From: a virus
Lineage: Duplodnaviria > Caudoviricetes
Direction: 5' to 3' (one strand)
Length of the DNA: 64,000 bases
Virus record (IMG/VR): IMGVR_UViG_3300014205_000004
Span: 1-64,000 of that record
The position numbers and the translations under genes are program-made. Shown piece after piece: positions 41,127 to 52,137 of this stretch. The notes below the pieces were generated by a model, which worked only from the letters and a program-made list of their open reading frames with translations, had not been told where the DNA came from and did no database searches. How positions within the stretch are numbered: position 1 is the first letter of the stretch; each line of letters starts with the position of its first letter.

Positions 41127-42485
41127 TTAATCAACGCGACCTCCCATGGTCCAGCCCCGGACAGTCCGGGTTCCGCTGTTGGCGTCGAAGGAGCGGAAGC
41201 GAGCGCGCTCGGTCTCCTGCGTCGGTTCAGTGGCGTAGGGCACCGTGTTCTTGACGATGTAGTGCCACGTCTTCCCGTCGCCGAGCTTGCGCCGGGCGTG
41301 GTCACGCTCGCGGCCTTCGGGGTCGTGGTACATCGTCCCGCGAGCGTATGTCCCGCGAGGTGCGAACTTCGCGAGGGTGTTGTTGTTGAGAGGCAGCGCC
41401 ATGTCGGAGACGAAGCTCTCGGTTGCGGTGTGGTTGGTCCCGAGAAGGGATACCCGCTTGCTGCGGGTACGGATGTCCTTGGTGTTGATGCCGGCCATAG
41501 GGATGGCGAAGATGTCCCCCTGGCGCACAACTTCGAGGCCTTCGGCTTCGGCGACCTTGACTTCATGCGGCTTGAGGGATTCGTACGCCTCTTCGATGGT
41601 GTTCGCGTCCGTGTCGGGCAGCTGGCAGAGGAAGTAGAGCGGGCGGCGTTCTTGCTCGTCGAAGGAGCTGAGGAACTTGGCCTTCGCGAAGCGGTCGGGA
41701 ACCCAGGTCAGTTCCTCACTCATCTTGGTGCGCTCGTTGTACCGTTCTTCCCACGTCTTCGAGTCATCGTTGTTCAGGGCGGCGAGGCGTCGCTGGTAGT
41801 CAGCCATGTCGGGGTGCGTGTTGTGGCCGGGCTCAATCAGGTACTCGGCCTCGAACAGCGATCCACCCATCCAGTGCCGCCAACGCTTGTACGCCCAGCG
41901 ACCGTTGTGCCAGAAGAGCGTATGGTCGCCCAGCTTACGGTAGGCGACTTCGTACTCGTCGGCGGGGGTTACTGTTCCATCGTCATTCCACTCGAACAGC
42001 CAGCCGTCCTTGCTGTACGGGTACTCGATACCGTCCTGGAGCTTGCGGCGGAGAGTCATCGTGACTGTCCGAACGTCAGCCAGCTCCTCGTTGGAGACGT
42101 AGACGATCTCCTCCTCGGACCGGTCACTTTCGACCTGCAGCGGCTTGATTCTCTCGTGCGGGATGCCTGCCGCGTCCAGGGCGCTGAAGGGGAGGAGGAT
42201 GGACTTGATGCCGCTCCTCGTGATAGCGCCCCGAACAAACCCCTGATGGGAAGTCGTCGTGCTCGAATAGCGGTCGCTGTTGACGAGGAAGAACCCGTCC
42301 TTCCGCGTCCCTACGAGTTGGGCCAGGGGGAAGTGCGATCCGTAACTGAACACGGTGTCGACGTCCTGGCTTTGCCGCGAGCTGCCGCCGATCTTTGCGT
42401 TGACTGAGGCCGGCCGAAGGAACCGTGGCTTCTCCTTGCCGACTTCCTGGATGAATCGTTCGATAACCTGTTGTGCGCTTGTCAT
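41127..42485 (-). CDS. Large hypothetical protein
   Basis: 452-aa ORF with AGGAG RBS; FSYGSHFPLA, YSSTT.SHQ and RQGDIF motifs. Confidence 0.75.
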   Translation of the reverse strand: MTSAQQVIERFIQEVGKEKPRFLRPASVNAKIGGSSRQSQDVDTVFSYGSHFPLAQLVGTRKDGFFLVNSDRYSSTTTSHQGFVRGAITRSGIKSILLPFSALDAAGIPHERIKPLQVESDRSEEEIVYVSNEELADVRTVTMTLRRKLQDGIEYPYSKDGWLFEWNDDGTVTPADEYEVAYRKLGDHTLFWHNGRWAYKRWRHWMGGSLFEAEYLIEPGHNTHPDMADYQRRLAALNNDDSKTWEERYNERTKMSEELTWVPDRFAKAKFLSSFDEQERRPLYFLCQLPDTDANTIEEAYESLKPHEVKVAEAEGLEVVRQGDIFAIPMAGINTKDIRTRSKRVSLLGTNHTATESFVSDMALPLNNNTLAKFAPRGTYARGTMYHDPEGRERDHARRKLGDGKTWHYIVKNTVPYATEPTQETERARFRSFDANSGTRTVRGWTMGGRVD

Positions 42486-45400
42486 AGTGTCTCCTCTGTG
42501 TGTGTTGGGTGTAGCTGTCGAGTGTTTGACGGACTAGATGTGCTCGATACCGTTGGCGTCGTCGCATTGCAGGCAGAGCGCTTGCCTGTTCGTGAACTTG
42601 TGGCACGGGCAGCTTTGCTCGCCCTGGCGGTTGATGTCGGTGTTGTCTCCGAAGACCCCGGTGTATGCGAACCCGACACCGAAGAGCTTGGCCATGGTGC
42701 TGATGAACTCGATGAAGGCCGCGTCATCGTCGACGTTTGCCGGCGTGGTCATGTACGCGACGACGGCCCTGCGTATGTCGCTGGTGAGCACTTTGCGCCC
42801 ATTGACGTGAACGTTGTCACCGACGATGCGCTTAGTCATAGGCGTCGTTCCAGTCAGTGATTTCGATGGTTGCGCTACAGTGCGGGCAGACAGTGAAGTT
42901 CCCCGAGTAAGGTGCTACGCGCTGGACGTTCATCTTCTCCTCAGGGTCCTTGTGCATGTGCGAGAGATGGTCGCGGTCGTAGGTCAGTTCGATGACCTTG
43001 CCCTCGTCAGTCCATCGCGGTACGGAGTTGAGCAGGTTGTACCAGCCACACCTCGGGCAGTTGTGTTCGTAGGCCGCAACAACCAGTTCTGTGGTGAAGA
43101 CTTTCGGGGTGGTGTTAGGCATTGTTGTCCTCCTGAGGGCGAATCGACTTGTACCAGTCCTCCCAGGCCATGAGGGTGTAGTGTTTGATGCTGTCTTCCT
43201 CGATGCCGTAGTTGATGGCGTCCTCTTCGCAGGCTTCGGTGATAGTGACGATGTGCGGCCATTCGAAGCCGAGCATGTAGTTGATGTTGTTGGAGATCCG
43301 TTCCATCGCCTCGTCTTCCGACATGGCGACGGTGTTCATGGTGATCGTGATGCTGTAGTGCTTGGGCAGGTCGGGCTTTGCTGGCATTACTGGCGCTCCG
43401 TTTCCCAGAGAAGGCGGTCGTAAATGTCCTGCCCACCGAGAAAGTGGCGCAGTTCCTTCGCTTGCTCGGCTATGGTGTGGTAGATCCGTTCGGCGGTCCG
43501 GGAATCGTCGTCGTACCCGTATTCAGCGCACCAGTCCGCGAAGTTCCGGGAGTTCTCATATCCGCTCGCATCGGACGCGAGGCAATCCAGCACATCGGCC
43601 GCGGTAGGGGGCTTTTTGTGGCCGTTCCCCTGGGAAAACCAGACCGTGATGTAGGGCCCCATCTTTTCCCATTGTCCGTTGCACTGAATACTCTCCCGAG
43701 GGTAGACCCCCTCCATCTGGTGCTTTGTGCCCCGTAGCGGCCCTTCCGTGCGCTGTAGGCACGCGGCGCATATCTCATCGGCGGAATTGCGCCGCCACTT
43801 GCGCAGCGTGCACTTGAAGTGCCGCATTGAGTCGGACATGAAGCCATCGGGCCGCATGGGGAACGGCTCCGCCTTCATGTCGATCCCTATGCTTTCAATG
43901 AAATTCGCGATGGTTGGCGCGGGTATCTTGCGGTCACCGCCGCAAGTCTGGCACGGCCCGTAGGCTGTCCCCTTGTTGAGTGTCGTTCCCTGGAAGGCAT
44001 AAACGCCGTCCTCGCAGTCTGGACAAGGGATTGTTTCAGGCATCGAACACCTCCCTAACTGTGTCGGCTATGGCTCCGATGAAGCCCCTGACTGCCTGCA
44101 CCAAGCAGACAACAGCGCCCGCTAATAGGGCGCAGATAATTACAGGCACCATACGTATGCCATACCTCTGCGTTGTGTTAATTCTCGTGTTGTGCGACTG
44201 TTGTGCCTTTGTTAAATCAGGGGTTTACCCATAGCTCCTGTTGTTTTTCAATGTTGTAACAACACGGCTTTTCGAATCTGAAAGCCCCTGAAGGCGTGTT
44301 GTTTTACGCGATGTGTAGCTCGCGAGCCTTTTGGTACCACTTTGGTGGGTTGCCGTGAGCCCACGACACGCTCTCGTACTGCCTCGTCGGCCCGTCCAGC
44401 GCTATCACGCGAAGGTAGGTTTTCCAGCGGTCGCAGAAGTAGAGCCACCCGCCCTCGTGAGGGCCCAGCACTATGCAGTCATCGCACAGGTCTTCGAGCT
44501 TCTGAGGCCACGCCAGGTAGGCGTAGTACGCGCGGACCTCGTCGTTATCCCAGAAGTTCTCGACGGTGTACTTCTGGCCTTCTTCGGTGAGTGACCCACC
44601 CAGGAAGGCGTGACAGCTGCCACACACGTGCGGACTGTCTGTCTCGCACCAGGAGAAGCACGCCGACATGTCGTTGGTGTTGATGCTGCCGTAGCGTGCT
44701 ACTGCGCAATCCTCGCAGAGGACGCTAGCGGCCTCGTCTACGTAAGCGATTGGTTCAAGACTCATGCTGCGCCCTCCGATGTGCGTTCGACCTTTCCGTC
44801 CTTGTCCACGGTCAACCCGAGCCGGTGAGCACTTGCAACGGCGTCTTCGCGGCGCTCGAAGAAGTGAGGCTCACCGGCCAGGGAGATCGTGCTGGCCGTA
44901 GCAATGGTGTTGCCGAAGATGAACACCCATGCTTGGTTGACTGGCAGGTAGACGAGATGCATCAAGCGGACACGGCCTTTGCCCGGTACCGTTTGACCGC
45001 GGCATCGATGTCGTGAGTCAGGTATCCGTAGTCGTCACCTACGACTTCGTATTCGCTGTCACCGATGGCTTCAGCAACAGCCTCAGCCAGGCCGGACGTC
45101 GCCGGGTCACCGAGGAAACCACCGCACGAGTCGACCCACTCGCCGTCCTCGTCCTCGACGGCGAACCAGAACCCGTAGCCGTTCGCCCAGTCGGTGTATG
45201 CCTGGCAGAAGTTCTCAGCGTCCTTGAAGCGAGCCTCGTAGGTCTTCGCCCCGAGGTTCGCAACCGGCTGCGCCCACACCAGGAGGCCAGCGTTGAGCGT
45301 CCCGTCCCACTGGAACTCGACGCCGGCAGGTACGTGGCCGTTCTTGACCATCCAGATGCAGCCACTGTGTTCGTAGTAGCTGAGGAGGAAGGCGGTGCCC

Positions 45401-45952
45401 TTGGTCAGCTTGCGGCGCAACCCGATGGACATATCTCCGAAGCTGCCCTCGAAGCCGAGGTCACTGGGGTGCTTGTAGCTGCCGTGCCGGGTACTGAACG
45501 AGTAGAGCTTCCACCCACCCCAATCGCTCGGGCATTCGAGTTCTTCGTCCGGCTGAACGCTAACCCTGAGCAACTGCGGCCTCTTTTCGTGCACGGCTCC
45601 ATGCGTAGGTGCGCTCCTTGAGCACCCGCCAGTGCTCGGCCATGGCTTCCGCTACTGGTTCATGAAGGTAGGGCAGGAAGTACTCGGTCGAGCGCCACGT
45701 GGTTGGGTCGATGGTTTCGGGGGTGGCACCATCGAGGTAGCCGACGAGGTGCTCGGCCAGCTCCCGCATCCTGAAGACCATGCACTGCTTGTAGGCAGTG
45801 TCATCGTCGTTGCGGTCCCAAAGAACCGCGATGAACGGTTCAGCCTGCCCGAAGGAGGTATCAGTCAGCCGGCCCATCGCGAGGACTGACCCATCACCAC
45901 CAGAACCGTTGCGGTGATAGGTAGCGGTTACGTCTTCGACAATCATGTGTTC

Positions 45953-46243
45953 TTACCCTTTCGTGAAGAGGACTACTTGGCCGAGATCGAAGTGCGCCTC
46001 GTACACCTCGCAGGTTTTGAGGGCGTCGAGCGCGACGAGCAGGGTCTGACCGACCATCTGGCTCACAGTCAGGTCGCAGTCGGGTGGTGTGTTGGACTGG
46101 ATGATGGCGCGCAGATCCGCCAGGGCGTCGTTGGACACCTGGTGGTCTTTGCTGATTGCGATGTGGGTCGTCGCCTTGCCTTCACGGATGTGTTGCTCGA
46201 CGACTTGAAGGACGTATGGGTGCGTCCGTGCCCCGACGCTCAG
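45953..46243 (-). CDS. Hypothetical protein, probable CTG start
   Basis: CTGA overlap with AAGG 7 nt upstream; extends the tracked ORF by 35 codons. Confidence 0.5.
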   Translation of the reverse strand: MSVGARTHPYVLQVVEQHIREGKATTHIAISKDHQVSNDALADLRAIIQSNTPPDCDLTVSQMVGQTLLVALDALKTCEVYEAHFDLGQVVLFTKG

Positions 46244-46431
46244 TCGGTCGCCTTCTGTTTGAGGCGGTCGAGACAGTCGCGCACATCTGCGAGGCAGGTG
46301 TAGAAGATCACCTGGTCCAGTTCTCCCAGCTGACGAAGTACGGACCGTGCTTGGTCACTTGTTCGTAAGCGTGCTTGGCGATCGCCTCGAACTCAGCGAT
46401 GGTGAGTGCAGGTTCCATGTGTGTCCTTTCT

Positions 46432-47001
46432 TTACGCTGCCGTGAAGTCCGGGTAGTCAGCCGCGAGCACATCCCGCCAACGTGCACGCGTCTGCACTGC
46501 GTAGCTGGGAAACTTGGAGTGCCGCTTGGCTACCTCCTCCAACGATTCACCCCGGATGCTTGACAGCAGGCAGTCACGCTCAAACGTGGGCAGGCGCATG
46601 ATGCTTTGCAGCAACTCGCGCGTTTCGACGAGAGACGGGACGCTCGAAGGCTCTTGCGGCTCGAAGTCAAGGTCACCCAGGCCCGCCTCCGCGGTTTCCC
46701 GCATCTGGTCGAGTGACCGCGCGCTGATCTTCTGCTGGCCTTTGGTCGTGCGACCGCCCCACATGCGCATCTGGTCTATGACTTCGGCGTTCATGCGGCG
46801 AGCAGCGTAGGAGCCGAAGCCCCCACCCTTCTCCGGATCCCAGCCCCGCCCAGCCCTGACCAGTCCGGTCAGGGTGGCGGAGCGGAACTCATCGCGGGTG
46901 AAGTAGCTGTTCTTGTTGGCCCACTGCGTGGCCACCCTCCCAGCCAGGGGGATGTAGTCGACGATGATGCGCTGCTGCTCTTCGAAGGGGAGAGTGCTCA
47001 C
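46432..47001 (-). CDS. Sigma70-family (FliA/WhiG-like) sigma factor
   Basis: Region 2 YIPLA..VA, GLVRA..WDPEKG..FGSYA..R....VID.MR; region 4 LPTFER ... SLEEVA. Confidence 0.82.
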   Translation of the reverse strand: MSTLPFEEQQRIIVDYIPLAGRVATQWANKNSYFTRDEFRSATLTGLVRAGRGWDPEKGGGFGSYAARRMNAEVIDQMRMWGGRTTKGQQKISARSLDQMRETAEAGLGDLDFEPQEPSSVPSLVETRELLQSIMRLPTFERDCLLSSIRGESLEEVAKRHSKFPSYAVQTRARWRDVLAADYPDFTAA

Positions 47002-50000
47002 GCCACGTAGTCGAGTACGGCGTCGAAGTAGCCCTGATGCTTGACGACGAGCATGCGCTTGCCCGCTTCGCGGCCGCGCTGGATGTGCGGCAGCAGTTCC
47101 CGGTCGTAGCTGTAGTAAGCGAACGGCATGGCCGGCGCGATCCCGTCTTCGCTGATGTGGGCAATCTGACGCTTGGTGAGGTAGTAACTCATGCTGCTCC
47201 AGCCTCCTGAAGGGTGGGTTCCTTGATGGGTTTCGGTCGTGATTTCTTGGCTGCGGGGTTGATTTGCAGCAAGCATTCGTCGAGGTTGCTGCCTGTGAAG
47301 CAGCCATGGTGCCGTGCGAGCTCACCTGGCGGGTAGTGGTTGGGGAAGATGGGAATCCTCACCTGCCAGAAGTTGAACGGATATGACGCGTTACCGCGTT
47401 CGTAGTCGCGCACGATGGTGAACACGAGGTGTTCGGTGCGCATGGTGTTTCCGTCGAAGCCATCGAACACTGCACAGTAGTTCCCGCCATATGAAGCGGA
47501 GAACCGTTTGGCCATGTTTCTTGCGGTGGCCCGATAGAGACGTCGTGTTCGCGTCGTCGCAAGCAGAGTCACGCTCATGCGATAGCCTTGAGGTGGTCTC
47601 TGAGGGCGGCTATGAAGCCGAGACGCGTTGGGTTGGGTAGCAACCGTAGGCTGAGCTCCGTTGCATCAATCGGCTCTCCTGCGTTGCCGGCGTGCCATGC
47701 CTCGCAGTCGCCGTTGCTGCATGCGTACCAGTCGTGCTCATTGTCCGGGATGACGAACGCATCGAGCTTGTTGTTGTCGACCGCTTCGTCGAAGGCGTCC
47801 TGCTCGTTGGATGCGAAGACGATGGCGATAGGTGTGTCCCGGTTGCAGATGACCCAGGGGCTCACCCTGTGTGGGTTGTACTCATCGTTTGGTATCCAGC
47901 CATCGAGGCCGACGACGATGTCGTCGCTGAGGTCCATGCCGCGGAATCTGATGGTCACCATGAACCACGTGTCCGACGCGCATGGCGGCATGGAGAAGTG
48001 CAGAGGCAGTTGAGGGGTGGCTTACGCTTGCGTTCCACTGGAGGTCACCTGGCCCTTTCCGTTGGTAGTCCCTTGCGCGACATGCTAGTGCTGCCTCTCG
48101 TCATCGGCGGCAGAACTTGCAGATAGCGCCGCGGTTGGTGACGCGCAGGCTGGGACGGACGGTGAGGTCGATGTTGCCGCACTTCTGGCAGGTGTGGCGT
48201 TCGTTCTTGCTAAGGGTGTTCCTGGCCATGTTGTGTACCTCCGTGTACTAGGTGACGTTGAGGATGTTGTTGGGCTACCAGTCGATCACTGCCGCGATGG
48301 CGTCGAGCGTGTCGGCATTCCACTGGTGATCGCGGTCGCCGGCTGGGTAGAGGATGTTGCGGATGGCGTCGAGGCGGTCGTGGGCAGTCCAGGGCCGGGT
48401 TTCCGTGATGGCCTCGAAGCAGCGCATGTGGAAGGCACCAACGCCGCACTCAACCGCTGGCATGCCAGGGCCAATGATGTCCCAGCAGCCACGGCAGCCG
48501 AGGTCATACCACGAAGGGCTGAGGCCCACCCATTGCACGAGCTCTTTGAGGTCAGGCCAGCGTTCACGCGCCTCCGCGATTTCACCGCACGTGATGTGCT
48601 CGTGCTTGGCATGAGTCCAGCAGTAGCTCATCGGTTGGCCTCACGTTTCGCCCTGCGCTCATCGCACCATTCACAGCCATCCCAGCAATAGCCGTTCTCG
48701 TCTTCGATGAACCTCAGCTGCATGTCCTGGACGGCATCGCTGAAGGCTTGGAGCATGGAGCGCACCATGTCTTCAGCGTCCTCGTCGTTGGCGTCGAAGA
48801 GCGCGTCAGCGATGCAGTCGTAGATGGCGCGGTACTCGGACGATCCCACATCGTCCGGGCTGTTGAAGCGGTCGAGGAGTCTCATGCGGTCGGCCATCAG
48901 TCAGCACACATCCCGCGCAGGTGGGTGAAGAAGAACGGGCCGAAGGAGAGGAGGAGACACTCGCCGCCAATGCAGTGGCTCTTCGTGCCGAGGCACCAGC
49001 TAAGGGGTGTGACGCCGAATTCGCAGTTGTGGATGCGTACGTACGCCTGGGTGAATTTGTGCCTGCGCAGTGTCTCGCGCATCACTACCAGCCCATCTCA
49101 GCGAGGTCGGCGCAGGCGTCGCACTGGTAACCGCGTCGAACGTCGGCAGGGGTGAGCCGGTCAGGTCGCTTGCAGGTAGGGCAGGGAAGGTTGCGAGGGT
49201 TCCTCCGGCTTGAAGCACGGAGTGCGCTGTTGCCGCCAGGGTGTGCGAACTGCATGCGGTGTTCGAGCTCGTCCATGTGGTTGCTCTCGTGGATGGTCAT
49301 CGGGTGTAGCCCCTGGCGCGGGCTTCGCGCCGGCCTTCACGGGTGTGGTTGAGCAGTTCCCGGAAGGTCATCGGGGTGTAGCAGGTCGGACAGGTGATTT
49401 TGTGTGCCACGGGTTGAACTCCTTACGTGTGCGGGTTACTCGCCCCCATGTCCCTTTCCCCGAAGGACCATGTAGCCGAGGACGATGAGTGCCACCCAGA
49501 GGGTGCCTTGAAGGACGTGGCCGAAGGTGTCCAGGTCCATGCTTACCTCCGCGCCTTGATGCGCATGTCGTCGTGCAGGTGGTAGCCCTTGCGTTGAAGG
49601 GCCGCGGTCAGTTCCTTCTTGCTGGCGAAGTACAGGGGACAGCCGTCCAGCTGTGCGATTGAAGCGGCGCGGATGACCACGTATTGCTTTTCGGAGAGCA
49701 GGTAGTGAGCACGAAGGGACAAGGTGACTCCTTAGGCTGTGGTTGCGGTACGGGCGTTGAGGCGCATCCACGCGCCGATGGGGTCGTTTCGCAGGGAGAT
49801 GTGGTTGAAGCGGTCGCGGAGGACATCGAGGATGTCCAGCCAGAGCATTACGTCGGCGTCACTGCCGTATTGCGCTGCTTGCCGGCCTTCGGTGTGTGCC
49901 TGTTGCATGGCTCGCAGCAAGACGGTCTCGTTGACTGCCTTGTCCGCGATCTCGATCAGCTGGTCGACCGAGTAGGGGATGAACGGTGCCTCACCCATTG

Positions 50001-51127
50001 AACAAACCTCCCAGGTGTCAGGACTCACAACGCGGGCAGAAGATGCCGTGCGCGTGGTTGAAGTGGTTCATGTTCACCGTGGCCAGGCCGCACCGCGTAT
50101 ACGCGTTGAAGCCACGGACGGTGCGAACACGGTGTATGACTCCGGTGTGGCCATATGCGGCGTAGCGGAAGGGCACGGTTGAACCTCAGTCCTCTACGAA
50201 GCGAACGAAGGCGTGGATGGCGTCCATCTGGAAGCCCGGTTCGTCAGTCGCGGATGTGCGTTGAAGGACGGCATCGGTGAGACGCCAGTGTGCGGTGACG
50301 GAAGGGACAGCCGGGGGCCAGTCGACTCCGACCAGCTGGTAACCCCAGCGCTTGAGCCAATCGTCGCAACAGGCAACGCACACGTCCTCGAAGAGCGTGC
50401 GCCCGGTGGAAGAGGAGACGCGGAACATGTGGCCTAGAAGCCGAGCATCTGCCGTTGAACGGCCCGGTGACGCATGATCAGGCCGCGGTCACGGGGGACT
50501 TCGGGGAGCGCGTGGAGGCACATGGCGCACACGTCCGGTTGAAGGGTCTGGCGGTTGCAGGCCGGGCAGCGAAGGGACACGGGGGGCAGGACAGCCATTG
50601 AAGAAACTCCTCGGAAGGAAACACGGGTTGAAGGGGGTAGGCGTCGAAAGCCCGTGGAAGCAGGATGCAGACGCCGCATGCAGCTGCCAGGCCAAGTCCC
50701 TCACGGGGACGGCGCAGGGTGAAATGCGCCAGGGGAAAGTGAGTCGGCCAGCTAACGCGTGGCCAGACGTGGGGGTCACGACTCCCCATACCGCACGGAC
50801 GCCGTGGAAGGGCGTATCTAGGTGCCCAGCGTCAGTCGGCTGCGTGGAAGGTTATGTGCGCTCGTTAGCGCTGTCCCGCGTCTGAACACAGTGTCACCTC
50901 CATATGTGACCGAAAGCGAAGACGGGTGGAAGACGGGTTGAAGGGTAGGCTTTGTGGGTGTGAAGTCAGGTAAGCGGGCCATGTGTGCGCATGTGAAGCC
51001 GAGCACACCCTACGCCCCCATTGAACAAACCTCCAAAGTCGTTGAACGGACGCTACGGTACACAGGTGACTACGGAAGCGTCAACTCCCTGTAGTCACAC
51101 GTGTGTATCCGCGTTGAAGGGCTGTGG

Positions 51128-51490
51128 TTAGGCCTTCAGAGGGATGTAGGGCGTGATGGTGACCTTGACCAGCTCGTTGCCGGTGAGGCCCGCAGCCTTG
51201 AGAGCTTCTCCCGAGAACACGTCCCGCGCAGGGATGGACGCGTAGACGGTCCCGAGGGTGACGTTGCCGGCCTGGCTCACACCAGCCGCGCTCAGGTTCT
51301 CGTCGCTCAGCCGGAAGGTGAAGGTCTTGCCCGTGCCTTCACCCTTCCCGCCGATGTTGATGCCGGTAGCTTTCGCCTTCGGCATCGCGACGCCCTTCGC
51401 CTTCGCCTTGATTTCACGTGCGGCCGCTACGCGGTCTGCCACGCTCATGTTGGCCATCTGGTCGCGAAGGGTAATCGTGTGGGTTGCCAT
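51128..51490 (-). CDS. Hypothetical protein with strong codon bias
   Basis: ATG after GGAG; flanked by related hairpins. Confidence 0.65.
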   Translation of the reverse strand: MATHTITLRDQMANMSVADRVAAAREIKAKAKGVAMPKAKATGINIGGKGEGTGKTFTFRLSDENLSAAGVSQAGNVTLGTVYASIPARDVFSGEALKAAGLTGNELVKVTITPYIPLKA

Positions 51491-52030
51491 GGTAGGTAGT
51501 GACTCCGTTGGGTAGTCACGCCAGACTGTGCGCCTAGCGTGCTGGCCAGCCCATAACGCGTCCCGCACGTGTGTACGTACGTTTCGAGTTATCACGCAGT
51601 AGTCGACCACCAGACTTCAGGGAAGATCCTATAGCCCGGTGATTTACTACAAACGCGCCGCGCCCGGACGCGCCCCGAGCTTCGCTACGTGTGTAGCTCC
51701 ACCCGGTGGCGCATCCTGGCGCATATGGGGACTGGCCAGCGCGCGGGAAGTGCGCCCCTGGCCACCATGTGTAACCCCTATTCGGCAAGCGCGTACGTAT
51801 AGCGCTTACCCGTTGACTGCTGGAGCAACTCCAGGTGTGTCCGGGTAACTGCGAGGATCACGCAATCACCCAAATCGGGATGGTGGACGTGCTGCCAGAT
51901 TGTCACCGGCGCTTAGTCCTGGAGACGTAGCACGCCATTTCATGCTGTCGCCATATCGTCCACGGGACGCGCGTGCGGCAATGCGGACATTTCCACAAGT
52001 CTTCTGCCATTGGCTTTCCCTGGCGCTAGT

Positions 52031-52137
52031 GTGCGCCTATCCGCCAGTCCCTCCAGGGACGTTCGGATAGGCGCACGTAACCCGCCAGGGTGATTGCCCC
52101 TGGCGGGTTACGTGCGGGTAGGGGTAGGGGTTAGGGG
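52031..52137. repeat. Overlapping hairpins plus G-run repeat
   Basis: 13-bp IR 52031-52043/52064-52076; 19-bp IR 52072-52090/52098-52116; GGGTAGGGGTAGGGGTTAGGGG. Confidence 0.85.

Noticed and set aside
51600-52020. Large ncRNA or tRNA in the apparent gap
   Set aside because: Largely tiled by short minus-strand ORFs below the track cutoff; no cloverleaf or known RNA motif recognised
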